Notes under the pieces: generated by a model
Databases searched by the model: none
What the model was told of the DNA's origin: nothing
What the model saw: only the letters and a program-made list of their open reading frames with translations
Translations under genes and position numbers: made by a program
Assembly (NCBI GenBank): GCA_034422315.1
Contig: DAOUJT010000003.1
Coordinates: 17,571 to 81,570, forward strand
Source of the DNA: Chloroflexota bacterium
GTDB taxonomy: Bacteria; Chloroflexota; UBA11872
Length of the DNA: 64,000 nt
Reading direction: 5' to 3'
Shown: positions 47,327 to 56,012 of the stretch, piece by piece
Numbering within the stretch: position 1 is the stretch's first letter
Layout of the letters: each line of letters opens with the position of its first letter

Positions 47327-48154
47327 ATGCGCGTTACCTACACCACGTACTCGGCACCCGCTTGGTCGCTTGAGCGCCATGTCGCCGCCGCCACCGAATT
47401 GGGCCTTGACGGTCTGGAGCTTCGCAACCTCGATGGCCAACCCATTGATCCATTGATGTCCGAGCAGGACCGCGCGGCAATCTTCGAAAAGGTCGCAGAC
47501 GCCGGCCTTAAAATCTGCGTCGTTGGCAGCGGCGCTCGTTTCGCCATCCCGTCCACCGCTGACCGGCGCCAGGCGGTGGATCAGGCCGTGGCTTTCGTCG
47601 AACTTGCCGACGCATGGGACGCCCCGATCGTCCGCGTTTTCGGCGGCAGCTACGATCCCGGCCCCTCCGACGACGAAGTCAACGGCTGGGTCGCCGAAGC
47701 CCTGCGGGAAGTCGCCGTGGCGGCCGATGCCTACGGCATTCGCATAGCCCTTGAAACTCACGACGCCTTCTCGACCGGCCAACGCGTTCGACACGTGCTT
47801 GACCTCGCCAATCACTCCGGCATCGGCGTCGTCTGGGACTTCGCTCATCCCGTTCGCAATGGCGAGACGGTCGACCAGACGTGGAACTTGATCCACCGCG
47901 ACGTTATCCACGCCCACTTCAAAGACATGAAGCTCACTGGCGGCGGCCGCGACGGCTGGGAATCGGTAGCCCCAGGCGACGGCGACCTCCCATTGGCCGA
48001 CATGGTCACTCGTCTCGCACGGGACCACTACCACGGCTACATCTCCACTGAGTGGGAAGGCCGCGACCCTCACGGTGCCGACGATCCAACCGACATGCTC
48101 CGTGCCCATACGGCGTCTATCCGTGAACTGATCGCCCAAGCGCGAGCGGGGTGA
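47327..48154 (+). CDS. Xylose isomerase-like TIM-barrel protein
   Basis: In-frame ATG at 47327 (MRVTYTTYSAPAWSLERHVAAATELGLDGLELR...). IALETHDAF and VVWDFAHP motifs. Confidence 0.75.
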   Translation: MRVTYTTYSAPAWSLERHVAAATELGLDGLELRNLDGQPIDPLMSEQDRAAIFEKVADAGLKICVVGSGARFAIPSTADRRQAVDQAVAFVELADAWDAPIVRVFGGSYDPGPSDDEVNGWVAEALREVAVAADAYGIRIALETHDAFSTGQRVRHVLDLANHSGIGVVWDFAHPVRNGETVDQTWNLIHRDVIHAHFKDMKLTGGGRDGWESVAPGDGDLPLADMVTRLARDHYHGYISTEWEGRDPHGADDPTDMLRAHTASIRELIAQARAG

Positions 48155-48206
48155 CTTTCCGGCCTCGCGTCCGCTTTCCCTTGGTCGGCAACACCCGATA
48201 TTTCCG

Positions 48207-48235
48207 TTGACTCACCCGTATGCCGCGCCTAGGCT
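48207..48235 (+). promoter_or_regulatory. Candidate sigma-70-type promoter of the trp operon (TTGACT-N17-TAGGCT)
   Basis: TTGACT at 48207-48212, a 17-nt spacer, then TAGGCT at 48230-48235. The predicted transcription start lies just upstream of T-box stem I. The same architecture recurs at 57925-57953. Confidence 0.45.
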
Positions 48236-48249
48236 TGCCCCTGGAAAGG

Positions 48250-48513
48250 CGTTGATCGGGACAAGTACGCGCGACTTTCCACGCCAGAGAGCCGGGCCCA
48301 GTGCTGAAAGCCCGGTCGTGGAAACAGCGTCGAATGGCCCCGGAAGCTGCGGACCGAACGGCATCGCCCAGTAGGCTCCGACGGAAGCCCATCGTTAGCC
48401 GGGCAGGGTATCGAGCCGTGGCTCCGTACCTGTGAGGAGCGCCTTCGGCGCTTGAAGTAGGGGTGGCACCGCGAAGGCCACAGACCTCTCGCCCCCTATG
48501 GCGAGAGGTTTTT
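48250..48513 (+). promoter_or_regulatory. T-box riboswitch leader (tRNA-Trp-sensing) ending in an intrinsic terminator
   Basis: Stem I elements: UGAUC near 48253, AGUA at 48264-48267, AGAGA bulge at 48286-48290. Distal hairpin GCCGGGC/GCCCGGU (48291-48316) with loop CCAGUGCUGAAA. Helix UUUCCAC/GUGGAAA (48276-48282 / 48318-48324). GAA-UGG at 48332-48337 sits in specifier position. Canonical T-box sequence GGGUGGCACCGCG at 48461-48473, followed by the terminator. Confidence 0.8.
48485..48513 (+). terminator. Rho-independent terminator of the T-box leader
   Basis: CCTCTCGCC-ccctat-GGCGAGAGG followed by TTTTT, 30 nt upstream of the trpE ATG. The GGAGGAGGG RBS lies in between. Confidence 0.8.
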
Positions 48514-48542
48514 CGATTTAAGCCGCCGGAGGAGGGCTCCAC

Positions 48543-50048
48543 ATGCTGTCCATTGCACCGTCCCGCACGGACACATGCGCCTGGACGCTTGAGCAATTGC
48601 GTGCCGGGCATGGCGTCCCCGTCTTCCGTGACATGCCGGCGGATCTCGACACACCCGTCGCCGCCTACCTCAAGCTCCGCGGCGACGGGCCCTCATTCCT
48701 CCTCGAAAGCGTGGAACGTGGCGAGGCCGTCGGCCGCTACTCATTCGTAGGCGCATCCCCACGCGCTGTCGCCCGCCTCCGCGAAGGCCGGGCCACGCTG
48801 GCCAACGGTCGTGGCCGCTCGATGACGGCGCCCTACGGCGATCCGCTGGAATACATCACGGGGCTCCAGCACCCGTTCCCCATTGCCACGCATCCTGATC
48901 TGCCGCCCTTCCAGGGCGGCGCCGTTGGCTACCTCGGCTACGACGTCGCCGCCAACTTCGAGCGCCTCCCGGTTCCCGCCAGGGACACACTGGGCGTGCC
49001 CGACGCTGTCTTCATGTACTGCGACGACCTGGTCGTGTTCGACCACGTCACACAGGTGCTGCGTCTCGTGACCCTCGCGCATCCGTCTGACGATGTTGAC
49101 GCCGCACTAGCCGCCGCCGAGGCCCGCCTCGATCACTTGGCCCAACGCCTCGACGGTCCCTATGCCACGCCGCCGACGCTTCCCAACCCGAACGGCGGAG
49201 GTGCTTCCCAGAGCATGTCCCAAGCCGAATTCGAGGACTGCGTTCGCCGGGCCAAGGAATACGTCGCCGCCGGCGACATCATCCAGGTCGTGCCCTCCAT
49301 CCGCTTCAGCCGCCCGCTCAACGTTGATTCCTTCCAGGTCTACCGTTACCTGCGGCGCGTGAACCCCTCGCCATACATGTTCTTCCTGGACTGCGGCGAT
49401 CTGCAGTTGGCCGGCGCCTCGCCCGAGATGCTGCTGCAGGCCATCGAGGGACGCGTCCGCACGCGTCCGCTTGCTGGGACTCGGCCCCGCGGCGCAACAC
49501 CGGAGGAAGAAGCCGAACTCGAGCGCGACCTCCTGGCCGACCCCAAGGAACTTGCCGAGCACGTCATGCTCGTCGATCTTGGCCGTAACGATCTCGGTCG
49601 GGTCTCCAACCCCGGCACGGTCAACGTCGACGACCTCATGTTCGTCGAGCGCTTCTCCCACGTCATGCACATCGTCAGCGATGTGAGTGGCCGGCTCAGT
49701 CCGAGCTACCGGGGCGTCGACGCGCTCCGCGCCTGCTTCCCGGCCGGCACCCTCAGTGGCGCGCCCAAGATCCGCGCCATGGAAATCATCGCCGAGCTAG
49801 AAGACCTGCGACGCGGACCCTACGGTGGCGCCGTCGGTTACATCAGCCATTCCGGCGATATGGATACCGCCATCACCATCCGCACGCTGCTGGCCCACAA
49901 CGGACGCGCCCACGTCCAGGCCGGCGCCGGCATCGTCGCGGACTCGGTTCCGGCCACCGAATACCAGGAATGCGTCGACAAGGCTCGCGCCGTGCTGCAA
50001 GCCATCCAACTCGCGGAGGAGGCGGCTCGTGCTACTCGTGCTGGATAA
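48543..50048 (+). CDS. trpE: Anthranilate synthase component I
   Basis: 501 aa. LLESVERGE, ...GTLSGAPKIRAMEIIAELE...RGPYGGAVGY... signature. Confidence 0.95.
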   Translation: MLSIAPSRTDTCAWTLEQLRAGHGVPVFRDMPADLDTPVAAYLKLRGDGPSFLLESVERGEAVGRYSFVGASPRAVARLREGRATLANGRGRSMTAPYGDPLEYITGLQHPFPIATHPDLPPFQGGAVGYLGYDVAANFERLPVPARDTLGVPDAVFMYCDDLVVFDHVTQVLRLVTLAHPSDDVDAALAAAEARLDHLAQRLDGPYATPPTLPNPNGGGASQSMSQAEFEDCVRRAKEYVAAGDIIQVVPSIRFSRPLNVDSFQVYRYLRRVNPSPYMFFLDCGDLQLAGASPEMLLQAIEGRVRTRPLAGTRPRGATPEEEAELERDLLADPKELAEHVMLVDLGRNDLGRVSNPGTVNVDDLMFVERFSHVMHIVSDVSGRLSPSYRGVDALRACFPAGTLSGAPKIRAMEIIAELEDLRRGPYGGAVGYISHSGDMDTAITIRTLLAHNGRAHVQAGAGIVADSVPATEYQECVDKARAVLQAIQLAEEAARATRAG

Positions 50049-50613
50049 CTACGACTCGTTCACCTACAACCTGGTTCAGTACCTCCAGGTCTTGCAGCCG
50101 GACGTCACCGTGTATCGCAACGACGCGGTCACTGTCCGCGACGTCCGGGACATGTCGCCCGACGCCATCGTCATTTCGCCTGGTCCCTGCACACCCCACG
50201 AGGCCGGGATTTCGGTCGACCTGATTCGCGCCGTTGGCCCAACCGTGCCCACGCTCGGCGTTTGCCTCGGCCACCAGTCCATCGGCGCGGCCTTCGGTGG
50301 CAGGGTCATCCGGGCCCCCGTACTCATGCACGGCAAGACGTCGCCCATCGCTCACGATGAACGCCGCCTGTTCGCCAACCTTCCAAATCCCTTCGAGGCC
50401 ACCCGATACCACTCGCTGATCGTGGCGCGGGACGGCCTGCCTGACGAACTGGAAGTCACGGCCCAGAGCCCTGACGGGCTTATCATGGGAATGCAACATC
50501 GTACGCACCCCATCTACGGCGTGCAGTTCCACCCGGAATCCATCTTGACCGCCGCCGGACCCGCCCTCCTGCGCAACTTCCTCACGCTGGCAGAGATACC
50601 GGTGGCCGCATGA
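50029..50613 (+). CDS. trpG: Anthranilate synthase component II (glutamine amidotransferase)
   Basis: GTG at 50029 (or 50038) gives LLVLDNYDSFTYNLVQYL. Catalytic GVCLGHQ and FHPES motifs. The track ORF 49825-50613 is a read-through inside trpE. Confidence 0.9.
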   Translation: MLLVLDNYDSFTYNLVQYLQVLQPDVTVYRNDAVTVRDVRDMSPDAIVISPGPCTPHEAGISVDLIRAVGPTVPTLGVCLGHQSIGAAFGGRVIRAPVLMHGKTSPIAHDERRLFANLPNPFEATRYHSLIVARDGLPDELEVTAQSPDGLIMGMQHRTHPIYGVQFHPESILTAAGPALLRNFLTLAEIPVAA

Positions 50614-51635
50614 TTGCCCAGGCCATTCGCTCTGTCGTCGACGGCGAGGACCTCGACAGTGCCACCGCCGCGTCCCTCATGGACGCGATTCTCGAAAACG
50701 AGATGACCCCGGCCCAGTTCGGCGCACTCGTCACCGCTCTGCGGCTAAAAGGCGAAACCGCTGCCGAAATCGCCGGCTTTGCTGCCAGCATGACCCGTCA
50801 CGCCCGCCACGTGGCTGTGGACAGCAGCACGCTCGTCGATACCTGCGGCACCGGCGGCGGCCGCACCCGCTGGGTAGGAGTGTCCACAGCCGCCGCCATC
50901 GTGGCCGCCGGGGCCGGCGCGGTCGTCGCCAAGCACGGCAATCGCGGTGTGACCCGGCCGGCCGGCAGCGGCGACGTCCTGGAAGCTCTCGGAGTCAACC
51001 TCATGGCCGGACCCGGATTGGTCGAACAGGCCTTGAGCGAAGCTCATGTGGCCTTCATGTTTGCGCAGGCGTTTCATCCCGCCATGCGCTTTGCTGGCCC
51101 GCTGCGTCAAGAAATCGGCATTCGCACCGTCTTCAATATCCTTGGCCCGCTCACCAATCCCGCAGGCGCCCAACGGCGCTTGCTTGGCGTTGGAGATCCC
51201 GGGCTCGCCGCCACCATCGCCGAGGCCCTCCGCCTCCTGCAGATCGATCGAGCGCTCGTCGTGCACGGACACGGCGGCGTGGATGAGATTTCCCTCACCG
51301 GACCCACCCGGGTCCTCGACGTCAACCGCGGCGACCTGACCAGCTACGACCTCATGCCGACCGACTTTGGCCTGTCGGTCGTGGACGCTTCGGAGCTTGC
51401 AATCCACGACGCCGACGTGGTGGCCCATCGCACCCGAGCCCTGCTGGCCGGCGAGCTCATGGGGCCCCGGCGAGACGTCGTGCTGGCCAACGCCTCCGGC
51501 GCCCTCGTCGCCGCGGGCATCGCCCGCGACTGGCGCGATGGCGTGGCGCGGGCCTCGGACGCCATCGCCAGCGGTACGGCCTTGACCTGTCTGGACCGCC
51601 TCGTTGAAGTCTCCAATAGGCGTGACGGAGCTTAA
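50610..51635 (+). CDS. trpD: Anthranilate phosphoribosyltransferase
   Basis: 341 aa. ...DTCGTGGG..., VAKHGNRGVT, GDVLEALG motifs. ATGA overlap with trpG. Confidence 0.9.
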   Translation: MIAQAIRSVVDGEDLDSATAASLMDAILENEMTPAQFGALVTALRLKGETAAEIAGFAASMTRHARHVAVDSSTLVDTCGTGGGRTRWVGVSTAAAIVAAGAGAVVAKHGNRGVTRPAGSGDVLEALGVNLMAGPGLVEQALSEAHVAFMFAQAFHPAMRFAGPLRQEIGIRTVFNILGPLTNPAGAQRRLLGVGDPGLAATIAEALRLLQIDRALVVHGHGGVDEISLTGPTRVLDVNRGDLTSYDLMPTDFGLSVVDASELAIHDADVVAHRTRALLAGELMGPRRDVVLANASGALVAAGIARDWRDGVARASDAIASGTALTCLDRLVEVSNRRDGA

Positions 51636-51638
51636 GAC

Positions 51639-52418
51639 GTGATCCTCGACGAGATTGTCGCCCGCAAGCGTCTCGACGTGGCGGCCCGTGTCGAGCGCGC
51701 CGATCTGGCCGAACTTCAGACGCGCCTGGCTCAGCGCTCGCCCACGCGCTCGCTGTGGCACGCCCTGGACCAGGACGGCGTCGGCGTCATGGCCGAAATC
51801 AAGCGGCGCTCGCCCTCCGCTGGGCTATTCGCCAGGGACGTCGATCCCTCGGCGTGGGCGGCTCGCTATCAGGCTGGCGGCGCCATCGCGATCTCTGTCC
51901 TCACCGACGAGCCATTCTTCGGTGGCGACCACGCCGACCTGGCAGCGGCGCGCGCGGCAACCGAACTGCCGATCCTGCAAAAGGATTTCGTCATCACCGA
52001 CTACCAGATCTTTGAGGCCGCTGCCTTCGGAGCCGACGCCGTCCTGCTCATCACCGGGCTCACGCTCGATCAGGACCTCCGGGCGCAGATTGAACTCGTC
52101 CATCGCTTGCAGATGGAAGCCCTCGTTGAAGTCCACACCGAGGAGGAAGTCGACCAGGCCCTCCTCGCCGGCGCCCGCATCATCGGCATCAACAACCGCA
52201 ACCTCCGCGAGTTCACCACCGATCTGGCCGTCACTGAGGATCTGTGCAAGCTGATTCCCGAAGAAATTACCGTCGTCAGTGAGAGCGGCGTCCACGTGGC
52301 CCACGACGTGGAGCGGCTGGCCGCCGCCGGCGTCAGCGGCGTCTTGGTCGGCGAATCCATCATGACCGCCGAGGATCCGCTGGCTCAGCTCCGCATGCTG
52401 GTCAAGGCTGGCGAGTAG
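51639..52418 (+). CDS. trpC: Indole-3-glycerol phosphate synthase
   Basis: 259 aa. EIKRRSPS, LQKDF and GINNRNL motifs. Confidence 0.9.
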   Translation: MILDEIVARKRLDVAARVERADLAELQTRLAQRSPTRSLWHALDQDGVGVMAEIKRRSPSAGLFARDVDPSAWAARYQAGGAIAISVLTDEPFFGGDHADLAAARAATELPILQKDFVITDYQIFEAAAFGADAVLLITGLTLDQDLRAQIELVHRLQMEALVEVHTEEEVDQALLAGARIIGINNRNLREFTTDLAVTEDLCKLIPEEITVVSESGVHVAHDVERLAAAGVSGVLVGESIMTAEDPLAQLRMLVKAGE

Positions 52419-52425
52419 CCCGCGC

Positions 52426-53043
52426 ATGCTTATCAAGATCTGCGGCCTCCTGGAGCCGGCCGATGGCCATGTCGCCGCGGCGGCTGGCGCCGATCTCCTG
52501 AGCGTGATCTTTGCGCCCGCCCGCCGACGTCGAACGCTCGCCCAGGCCCGCGCAATCTTCGACACCGCGCCGCCCCACGTGGAGCGCGTCGGCGTGTTCG
52601 TCGATGCGCCGGCCGCCGACGTCGAGGAGGTCATCAAAGCCTGCCGCCTCGACCGCGTGCAGTTTTCCGGCGCGGAATCCCCGGACTACTGCCGTGCCTT
52701 CGGCGAGCGCGCCATCAAGACCCTGCGTCTGCCCAACGACCGCAGCGAGTTCCCGCGATATTCGGTTCCACTGTTCAATTTGGATGCGGATGTCGAAGGG
52801 CATGCCGGCGGTACCGGCGTGCGCTGGGACTATTCGCTCGCCAGCGAAACGGCCCACGCTTACAGAACACTTCTCGGTGGCGGCTTGTCGCCCGATAACG
52901 TCGGTGCCGCCATTGCCGCCGTCCGGCCATACGGCGTGGACGTCAGCAGCGGCGTGGAGACCGACCAGCGCAAGGACCACCACAAGATTGAAGAGTTCAT
53001 CCGCAACGCCCGAGCGGCATATGCCTTGGCTGTCGCGCCATGA
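52426..53043 (+). CDS. trpF: Phosphoribosylanthranilate isomerase
   Basis: 205 aa. MLIKICGL... and ...GGLSPDNV...GVDVSSGVE motifs. Confidence 0.9.
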   Translation: MLIKICGLLEPADGHVAAAAGADLLSVIFAPARRRRTLAQARAIFDTAPPHVERVGVFVDAPAADVEEVIKACRLDRVQFSGAESPDYCRAFGERAIKTLRLPNDRSEFPRYSVPLFNLDADVEGHAGGTGVRWDYSLASETAHAYRTLLGGGLSPDNVGAAIAAVRPYGVDVSSGVETDQRKDHHKIEEFIRNARAAYALAVAP

Positions 53044-54023
53044 CCCGCCTACGCCTCGCCGGCCTGAGCCTTGTGATGCTCGCCCTTACCGCCTGCACCC
53101 ACGGGCTCGAACTCGAAAACGGCCAACGCCCGGCCCAGCCGATTACTCGCATCAGCTTCCTGTTCTCGGAGGGCCAGAGCGACATCGTGCTCAATGCGCC
53201 CACCAGCGTTGAACAGCAGACCGAAGCCACTGGCCCGACGCCAGCCGCGGTCAGCGCCACTCCCACGGCCACCCCATCGACTTCGTCACCCTCCGCTGCC
53301 CCCGCGACTCCCGTGCCCGTGACGACCGCCCGGGAAACGCCTGCCCAGCCTTCACCCACCGCCCCGGCGGCGACCGCTGATCCCACACCAACTGCCGAAC
53401 CCACCCCGCTCCCCGACGTCGACATCGCGGCCATCACCGCCGACGAGACAGCCAGGTCGCTTGTGATTCCAGCGACGGAAGTTGATCCAGGACTGGAAAC
53501 CGTCGACGAATCGTCCGACCCCACGGGCTTCCTGTCCGAGGAACTCATGGCTCTGTCCGCCCTCGCCAGCTTCTACGTCAGTGGCAGCAGCCGCCAGCCC
53601 ACCGGCGGCGGCCGTCCCGTGCAGTTGGTACAGCGACTGTTCGTCCACGCCAACACCCAGGGCGCGTCCCGGATGTTCGATGAACTGGTCGACAGCGCCG
53701 CCCCCGCCCTTGCCATCGCCGCCCTGGGCTTATTTCGCCAGTTCTATCCCGACCTTGAGCCTGGGACGCGAACGTCGGATCAGTTCACGCTCGCTGATCA
53801 GAACCGGCTGATTGAAGTTCGCATTGAACCGAACGTCGCCCCCGAAGAGCGCGAACTTGGCCCGGGAGACCCGCACATCTACTACTTGATCCTTCGCCAA
53901 GGTCGGGTGTCCGCTATCTTCGAGCTTGTGTACCTGAGCGCCCAGGATCCGGGTGTCGTCACGGTCTTGGGTGAACGCCTGATCAATCGAATTCCCAGCG
54001 AACTCGCCGAAGCGGCGCCGTAG
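53040..54023 (+). CDS. Hypothetical lipoprotein embedded in the trp operon
   Basis: 327 aa. [19 protein letters not shown] carries an LTAC lipobox. A Pro/Thr/Ala-rich linker precedes a C-terminal globular domain of unknown family. ATGA overlap with trpF; its stop lies 1 nt before the trpB start. Confidence 0.7.
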   Translation: MTRLRLAGLSLVMLALTACTHGLELENGQRPAQPITRISFLFSEGQSDIVLNAPTSVEQQTEATGPTPAAVSATPTATPSTSSPSAAPATPVPVTTARETPAQPSPTAPAATADPTPTAEPTPLPDVDIAAITADETARSLVIPATEVDPGLETVDESSDPTGFLSEELMALSALASFYVSGSSRQPTGGGRPVQLVQRLFVHANTQGASRMFDELVDSAAPALAIAALGLFRQFYPDLEPGTRTSDQFTLADQNRLIEVRIEPNVAPEERELGPGDPHIYYLILRQGRVSAIFELVYLSAQDPGVVTVLGERLINRIPSELAEAAP

Positions 54024-54024
54024 C

Positions 54025-55227
54025 GTGCTTGACGCCCAAACGCTCCCCGACGAGTTCGGCTTCTACGGGCCGTACGGCGGCCGCTATGTGCCTGAAACGC
54101 TTGTGGCTGCGCTCGACGATCTCGAAGCCTCGTTTCAGCGCCACCATCGCGACCCTGCGTTCGTCGACGAACTTGAAAACCTCCTCCACTTCTACGCCGG
54201 CCGCCCCACCCCTACCTACCACGCCACTCGCCTCAGCAAGGAACTCGGCGGAGCCCAGCTCTATCTCAAGCGCGAGGACCTCGCCCACACCGGCGCTCAC
54301 AAGATCAATAACGCGCTCGGCCAGGGCCTGCTCGCCCGTGTCAGCGGCAAGCGTCGCGTCATCGCCGAGACCGGGGCCGGCCAGCACGGCGTCGCCTCAG
54401 CCACCGTCTGCGCCATGCTCGGCCTCGACTGCGTCGTATACATGGGCGAGGAAGACGTCCATCGCCAGGCGCTCAACGTCGCCCGTATGCGCACCCTCGG
54501 TGCCGAAGTCATATCTGTGACCTCCGGCACCCGCACCCTCAAGGACGCCATCAACGAGGCCCTGCGCGACTGGGTCACGAACGTGGAATCGACGTTTTAC
54601 TTGTTCGGATCCGCAACCGGCCCGCACCCCTACCCCAAGATCGTCCGCGAATTCCAGCGCGTTATCGGCCGCGAAGCCCGCGCCCAGATCCAGGAACTCT
54701 CAGGCGGACTGCCCAACACCGTCATCGCCTGCGTCAACGGCGGCAGCAACGCCATCGGCATTTTTTCCGCGTTCATCGAAGACCCTGGCGTCGCGCTGAT
54801 CGGCGTCGAAGCCGGCGGCCGCGGCGGTGACCAGGGCGAGCACGCGGCCACCGTGGAATGCGGGACTCTCGGCATCCTTCACGGGTCACGCAGCCTGCTC
54901 CTGCAGGACGAAGGTGGCCAGATTATTGGAACGCACAGCATCGCCGCGGGACTTGACTATCCGGGTGTGGGTCCGGAACTGGCCTATCTTCATCACATCG
55001 GCCGGGCGAGCTACGCCACGATCGACGACGCCGAGGCCATGCGTGCCCTGTCCCTGCTGGCCCGAACCGAGGGCATAATTCCCGCCCTAGAGAGCGCGCA
55101 CGCCGTCGCCGGCGCAGTCCGTCTTGCGTCCGAAGCGAGCAGCGATCACGTCATCCTGGTCAATCTCTCCGGACGCGGCGACAAGGACATGGAGACCATC
55201 GCCGCCCAACTCGGCGAGCGCCCATGA
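54025..55227 (+). CDS. trpB: Tryptophan synthase beta chain
   Basis: 400 aa. [16 protein letters not shown] (PLP Lys) and GGGSNAIG-like [10 protein letters not shown]. Confidence 0.95.
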   Translation: MLDAQTLPDEFGFYGPYGGRYVPETLVAALDDLEASFQRHHRDPAFVDELENLLHFYAGRPTPTYHATRLSKELGGAQLYLKREDLAHTGAHKINNALGQGLLARVSGKRRVIAETGAGQHGVASATVCAMLGLDCVVYMGEEDVHRQALNVARMRTLGAEVISVTSGTRTLKDAINEALRDWVTNVESTFYLFGSATGPHPYPKIVREFQRVIGREARAQIQELSGGLPNTVIACVNGGSNAIGIFSAFIEDPGVALIGVEAGGRGGDQGEHAATVECGTLGILHGSRSLLLQDEGGQIIGTHSIAAGLDYPGVGPELAYLHHIGRASYATIDDAEAMRALSLLARTEGIIPALESAHAVAGAVRLASEASSDHVILVNLSGRGDKDMETIAAQLGERP

Positions 55228-56012
55228 ACCGTATCGACTCGACCTTCAAGTCGGCCAAAGCCGAATCTCGCCTGGTCCTGGCCCCCTACGTCACCGTTGG
55301 ATATCCCACCCGCGAATCCGCCGTCGAACTGGCGCTCGCCTACGTCGAAGCCGGCGCCGACATGCTTGAAATCGGCATGCCCTTCAGCGACCCCATCGCT
55401 GACGGCCCCACGGTGCAATTGGCCTCACAGATCGCGCTGGAAGGCGGCGTCTGGCTTGAGGACGCATTCCATCTGATTGAGCGGATTCGTGCTCAGACCG
55501 ACATCCCATTGGCCCTGATGGGCTACGCGAACCCGTTCATGCAATTCGGCCTTGGCGCGCTGGCGCGCGCGACCTCGGCAGCCGGCGCTGATGGCTTGAT
55601 CGTTCCGGACGTCCTTCCGGAGCACGCCCACGACATCGAGGCCGCAAACGCCCGGCACGGCCTGTACCTCATCCGATTCGCTGCGCCGACCACGCCGCCG
55701 GAGCGACTACGGCAAATCGGCCAGGGAGCCAGGGGCTTCATCTACTGCGTCAGCGTCACCGGCGTCACCGGCAGCCGCGCCGAACTCTCGGACAGCCTGC
55801 CCGCCTACCTGGCCCGCGTCGGACAGGCCGCCAGCATCCCCCGCGTCGTCGGCTTCGGCATCTCCAAACCCGAGCACCTGCGTTCGCTCCGCGGACGCGC
55901 CGAGGGCGCCATCGTCGCCAGCGCCCTCATCGACATCGTGCAGGCCAGCCCGCCCGGCCGTGGCGTCGAGGCCGCGGCGGCGCACGTCCGCAGTCTCGCG
56001 GCCGCGGCATGA
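55224..56012 (+). CDS. trpA: Tryptophan synthase alpha chain
   Basis: 262 aa. [18 protein letters not shown] and [10 protein letters not shown] motifs. ATGA overlap with trpB. Confidence 0.95.
   Translation: MNRIDSTFKSAKAESRLVLAPYVTVGYPTRESAVELALAYVEAGADMLEIGMPFSDPIADGPTVQLASQIALEGGVWLEDAFHLIERIRAQTDIPLALMGYANPFMQFGLGALARATSAAGADGLIVPDVLPEHAHDIEAANARHGLYLIRFAAPTTPPERLRQIGQGARGFIYCVSVTGVTGSRAELSDSLPAYLARVGQAASIPRVVGFGISKPEHLRSLRGRAEGAIVASALIDIVQASPPGRGVEAAAAHVRSLAAAA

Noticed and set aside
47243-48139. N-terminal about 300 codons of the 558-aa ORF 46463-48139
   Set aside because: They are antisense to the xylose-isomerase-like TIM-barrel gene (47327-48154). GT2 motifs begin only after Met at 47242.
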